From contig NW_004797348.1 of assembly GCF_000002075.1 (NCBI RefSeq), forward strand, positions 1,528,713 to 1,592,712: DNA of 64,000 bases, written 5' to 3'. This DNA is from Aplysia californica (Eukaryota). Below the pieces are notes generated by a model, which searched no databases, was not told the DNA's origin, and was given only the letters and a program-made list of their open reading frames with translations. The stretch's first letter is position 1; each line of letters opens with the position of its first letter. The translations under genes and the position numbers were made by a program. Shown here piece after piece: positions 36,801 to 64,000 of this stretch.

Positions 36801-39578
36801 TAACAAAACAGGTCACCTAAAATAAGATCAGCATTGCAATGACCACGAAAAACCTTTTTTGTCAGAAAGTGTTTGCAAATAGGTGCATGTTGTAGCTGTA
36901 TTTCCATAGAGCATAGAACTTTTTCAATTTTTGAAATCCATCAATAAACAAAAAAGTTACGAATTTTTTAATAAATTAATTTTTGGTACACTTTTATAAT
37001 GAACCCCCCCCCCCCCCCAAAATATGGCACGTTCTTTGGTGAGTTTTGAGACAATATAATTTGTCATTCATTTCTCAGAGTATTTAAATGGAACTTGGCA
37101 ACCCAGTACATTTTCTAGTGCAGAATCTAGTCCTGCTTTCAGATTTTTCAGATCCTACTTCTTGAGTTTTATGAAGACGTTTATAAGGTAAAAATGTGGC
37201 GGTTTTCAACAATACTTGTCATAGCTCGCCTATTATGTAAATGAAACTTGGCAGTCCAGTAGGGTTTTTAATGCAGAATCTAGTCATGTTGTCAGATTTT
37301 TAATATCTATCATATTTTTTGAGTTGTAAAGACATTAACAGGTAAAAAAGTGGCGTTCTTTACAGATTTACAAAGATTATCAGTCCAGATTTACAAAGAT
37401 TATCAGTCATATCTTCTCCCAAACTCATGATATTTGAATGAAACTTGGCAACATAAGAGGTTCCTCCATGCCAAGCAATGCTCTAGATCAATTTGTCTCA
37501 AAAATGTGTAGAGAACTGGATTTATTAGTCTAATAAATCCAGTTCTCTACTAGTAAAAGCATGCATACTTTGTAATAGAAAATAAGATCGTCTCTGTGTA
37601 TAAATATCCATTGTTGGATAGTGTCCTATTGTGTGGTAGATTAAGATGCGTTTAGATAATATAGTTTACAAGTCATGGGAATATTTCGCAAGTGTAAGCT
37701 ACAACTCATACTATAAATGTAATACATTTACACCCCACCCCCCCCACCCTTCTCTCTCTCTCTCACGTACACACACACACACATGCACGCACACACGTGT
37801 GAACGATAACAATGTATAAACGGGACTATCTTCCGAGACAGGACTAAATAAGTACCATACTCTTTAATAACAATCTTAATGCCTCACTTTTCCAAACAGA
37901 GGACACAGGACGAGTCCAAGTGTGTGCTTTCCCAAGAGGGGGGAATAGGCTTTCCAAACACAAACACAATGCCATACCACTTCTCAAGATGTTTGCTTTT
38001 CTGTTTCTATTCTTCTGTCATGCAATCAAGCAAATAAAAATGATACATCTATTGTATTGTGACTAAAATGCAACAAAAATGCAAGTTATCAAGGCCCCCG
38101 TTTAGTTTTCAAGTATCCTTCCCCCCCTTTCCGGTTCACATAAGCGGGGCCTCGTTTGTAGCGCCCGAGGCGACCGATGGCTGATGACGTCACTCAGTGG
38201 AAATTTCCCAGCCGTCGGTCATTCACCCAGCACGCGCAAATGCCAAATGGCAATGCCGCTTTTCCCTTTAGTTACTCCTACATTTTTAAAGATTACGCAA
38301 AAACCGCTAAACACAGAAGCATGACATTTTAAGGGAATAAAGAAAGAAAGTGGCTATTCTCACCCGCCCGGAAGTTCTCGCAAGATCAACTCCTCCCCTC
38401 TTCTTTCTCTCTCTGTCTCTTTCTGAATACTGTCTATCGGTGTGGATGATCAAATTGACCAAAACAAAGTTAAAAAATGATGTTAAAACACAAAAGTAAA
38501 TAAATTTGGTTGTCTACAAAGATGCTACGGCTATTTAACTTTTCGAATCGAGCCGAACTACGCGGGTCGCCATTTTGTTTTGCCCGGAAATTCTCGCGCT
38601 ACTCCTCTCTCTCTTTCTCTCTCTCTCTCCACTGCCCACAGACAAAATTGTACGCTTTTAGTAGGCTACAGTTGTAATGGAACGTTTGTTCACGGCACAG
38701 AATTCTACAATTTTTCCTCACAGTGTAGAATTCTATGGTTTAGGGTGAACGCAAAATTTGGTGAACGCGCACCGGGTGAGAATAGCCACAAGACTCGCCT
38801 GCACTATTCTCACTCCGGGTGAGAATAGAGGTGGCCATAAAGAAAAGGGAATGGTGTACAACGTATCAGTCAGTTTAACAAATCACAGCTCCGACAAATC
38901 TTCTAAGTGCACCACATCAACCACTTTCGCAAACGTTTTCGACTGCTTCTTGGTGGATGGGTACAAAGTTGTCAAACTGCTTACTACAAGATTGACCTCT
39001 TTTCTGATTGGCTGCCAAGTTTCATTCATATCCCCATTTAGGAGAAGCGGCATGAGAGCGAGTTGAAGACAACAACCTTTGCGTTAGTGCGTCCCACGAA
39101 ACACCCCCGCTGCAGGGGCCAAAAATCGGCAGAACAAAACACGCTTGGTGGGCATTGCCGCCGCAGCCTCATTGCGCTAAGGCTAATCAGCACAAAAGTT
39201 CTAAAGTTAACATTTGTGTCCGCAGCTGCTGCAAACTGTTTGTAGTCTAGATCTACCTTAATTAATGATAATACTGTTTTTAAAATTCATTTTACATGTT
39301 ATCGTTAGAATGTTTCTTTCATTTTAATTTGTCATGTAAATGATCAATAACTCTGTGACAGATTCTATCGAAAATTGGTGCTTGACAAGTGTGTAACGAT
39401 TATGTTTTTAGTAAGACGAAACACACGTCCAGAAACAAAAACAGGCCCTAAAACAAATAAAAAGTCAATGTTTTAATATCATCAATATGTAAGGGTTTTT
39501 TAATTTCTTACGGTCTCCCTCCTCGTCGATTTCGAAATCATCGTCGTCTTCCTTCGTTACTTGCAAAACGTCCGCCAT
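27800..39578 (-). CDS. RBM8A: RNA-binding protein 8A / Y14 / Tsunagi (exon junction complex core), 6 exons, 169 aa; complement(join(27800..27830,32242..32372,33119..33255,34923..35006,36094..36153,39512..39578))
   Basis: Spliced protein MADVL...[23 protein letters not shown]...[21 protein letters not shown]...[26 protein letters not shown]...VDWAFV...DRRRR*; GT-AG introns; 510 nt. Confidence 0.97.
30441..32170. mobile_element. piggyBac-like non-autonomous element (TTAA TSD) in RBM8A intron 5
   Basis: ttaa-CTCATTTCACCC ... GGGTGACTAGGG-ttaa; imperfect TIR. Confidence 0.5.
32242..32372 (-). CDS. RBM8A: RBM8A exon 5 (RRM, second half)
   Basis: [43 protein letters not shown]. Confidence 0.97.
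32973..33111 (+). repeat. ~130-bp direct repeat of 32011-32139
   Basis: ttttgtaaaatctaagcaaaatttcttattaatagc...atcccgacttgctgcaagctagg present on both sides of RBM8A exon 5. Confidence 0.9.
33119..33255 (-). CDS. RBM8A: RBM8A exon 4 (RRM, first half)
   Basis: [46 protein letters not shown]. Confidence 0.97.
34923..35006 (-). CDS. RBM8A: RBM8A exon 3
   Basis: [28 protein letters not shown]; tttcag| and |gtaaag. Confidence 0.93.
35467..35642. mobile_element. Short related Tc1/mariner MITE, TA TSD
   Basis: ta-CAGTCAAAAC ... GTTTGACTG-ta; shares gtcttacacagg repeats with 17519-18325. Confidence 0.6.
36094..36153 (-). CDS. RBM8A: RBM8A exon 2
   Basis: [20 protein letters not shown]; tttcag| and |gtaaaa. 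Confidence 0.95.
36834..39160 (+). mobile_element. Copy 2 of the 1.8-kb element (RBM8A intron 1), interrupted by an insertion at 38346-38836
   Basis: Colinear high identity with 24848-26634 from gcaatgaccacg to ggtgggcattgc. Confidence 0.88.
38346..38836 (-). mobile_element. Nested non-autonomous element with asymmetric inverted repeats and a terminal hairpin (Helentron/Helitron2-like)
   Basis: Absent from copy 1; GTGGCTATTCTCACCCG at 38350-66 is inverted at 38773-89; hairpin CTATTCTCAC-tccgg-GTGAGAATAG at 38804-28; flanked by a direct repeat ATAAAGAAA. Confidence 0.7.
39512..39578 (-). CDS. RBM8A: RBM8A exon 1
   Basis: AAAATGGCGGAC start; [22 protein letters not shown]; donor C|gtaag. Confidence 0.93.
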
Positions 39579-40079
39579 TTTGAATTTAGCATGAAATTGG
39601 AGTGCTACCGTACGAATCTTTTGCAACTTATGCACTACTGCCTCACCCGCTACCCAAGGGAGGCGGTGGCCCTGGCGAAGAGCACACTCTTCGGGGCTCC
39701 GAACATTTCGAACGGATAGGCTACCACACACACACACACACACTTATGCACTGGCTCTGAAACCAGTCCTCCAACATGTAGATTTATCAATAAAAACAAG
39801 GAGGAATTAGGTTTAACCACCCCCCTCCCCCCAAAAAAAAACAACAACAACACAAAAAACCCATATTGTTTTATACCATTATGAATCCCATTGTTGCACC
39901 TCTCTCTTTATCCGGTCAGATAAGACAGCATCACCTTGGGGGTTGAAACGATTGTTTACAATTACAATGTACTTCGACTGGTGGGAGTTAATGTGAGAAT
40001 CCTTTAGCAACAAAACAGAACTGACCTAAGCTGGTGAGTGTAGGCCAAGAGAAAGTGTTTTTTTTCCCGGGGGGGATAC

Positions 40080-40141
<62 letters not shown>

Positions 40142-40841
40142 ATCGTGGAGAATTGGAAAAGAGAAATTAACCCTTAAACGAAAACAATATTTAATATTAA
40201 ATAAAATTAATATGGCAGGGCTGAACTCAAGGGGAAAAGGGTAGGCCATATCACATTTCTAAAATATGTAATTATTTCAGTATGTACCATCAACTTGTAT
40301 TTGTGTGCTCTACATGTGTGCTATAACTATCTATAACGAACGTATTATTATTATGTTCACACTTAATCAAAATAAAGTATGATTCACACTAGATCTAGTC
40401 GCCAAGAATAACCTAGCCTAACTTTAATGCTTTGAAAAACAAGGGGAAAATTTGTTTATACAACAATAAGAAAAACGTCGGCAGATCATAATGAAAGAAG
40501 ACGAAAGTACAAGACTGGGTGAAGAAATGAGAGATGGAACTTGCTAGATCAAGGCGAACAGTTCAAAATGATCTGAAACAGTGTCGTTGGAAACTTGGAA
40601 GTAAAAAAAGCGTTGAAACTGTAGCCCAAGGAGCTTAAAACAAACTACGGAGCCACGCCTAATGAGCTGGACTTCCGGTTAATGTCTTTCGCTCTCGCTC
40701 GCTGATTGGTTGAGACAAAACTTGACTGTGCAGTGCTTGATTTTCAAACCTGAGACTTATTGGATGTAAACAATCGTGCGTTTATGTCAAAAATTTGTTT
40801 TTAAAGCTAAGGTATATTATAATATTTTACAAGAAAGCGCG
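39579..40841. promoter_or_regulatory. Divergent RBM8A/KIF11 promoter region; ETS ACTTCCGG 40671, inverted CCAAT 40705 and 40759, CHR-like TTCAAA 40743, forkhead TGTAAACA 40765; YY1 motif CAAAATGGCG over the RBM8A ATG
   Basis: Start codons face apart with 1263 bp between them; motifs read directly from the sequence. Confidence 0.55.
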
Positions 40842-63811
<22,970 letters not shown>

Positions 63812-64000
63812 GTAAAACTGTAAACCTGTGTTGTTTTGCTGTTTTATATTCATGAGTGCACTTTCTGTGCAATGTAGGTGTATTGTCTGCCTCTCCTGCT
63901 AACTCGTTAGATTGAACAGTAGTCATGTAGACTAGCCTTGAGATTAGACAACTGCTTAACTACTACTTTCAGTGCAATAGTCAAATGTTTGAAGGTTGGC

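Overview
AT-rich, microsatellite-rich draft genomic DNA from an invertebrate animal (probably a lophotrochozoan or similar marine bilaterian), with about 12 N-gaps. The ORF track is mostly noise because the genes are spliced. I reconstructed three GT-AG spliced genes by hand: SPAG8 (+, 6 exons, 15450-22001, 214 aa), with a near-perfect RFX X-box upstream; RBM8A/Y14 (-, 6 exons, 39578-27800, 169 aa); and KIF11/Eg5 (+, 17 exons from 40842, 726 codons, continuing past the window end). RBM8A and KIF11 lie head-to-head about 1.26 kb apart. Introns and intergenic DNA hold many non-autonomous DNA transposons that I delimited by TIRs and TSDs (Tc1/mariner-, Harbinger-, MULE-, Merlin-, piggyBac-, Sola- and hAT-like with 7-bp TSDs, plus one Helentron-like element), an RTE LINE 3' end and tRNA-derived SINEs. 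The most striking structures are a multi-layer nested transposon stack in KIF11 intron 1 and a 1.8-kb element present twice in direct orientation around RBM8A exons 2-6. Family names and human comparisons are recalled from memory, not from searches. I found no convincing new multi-gene system.
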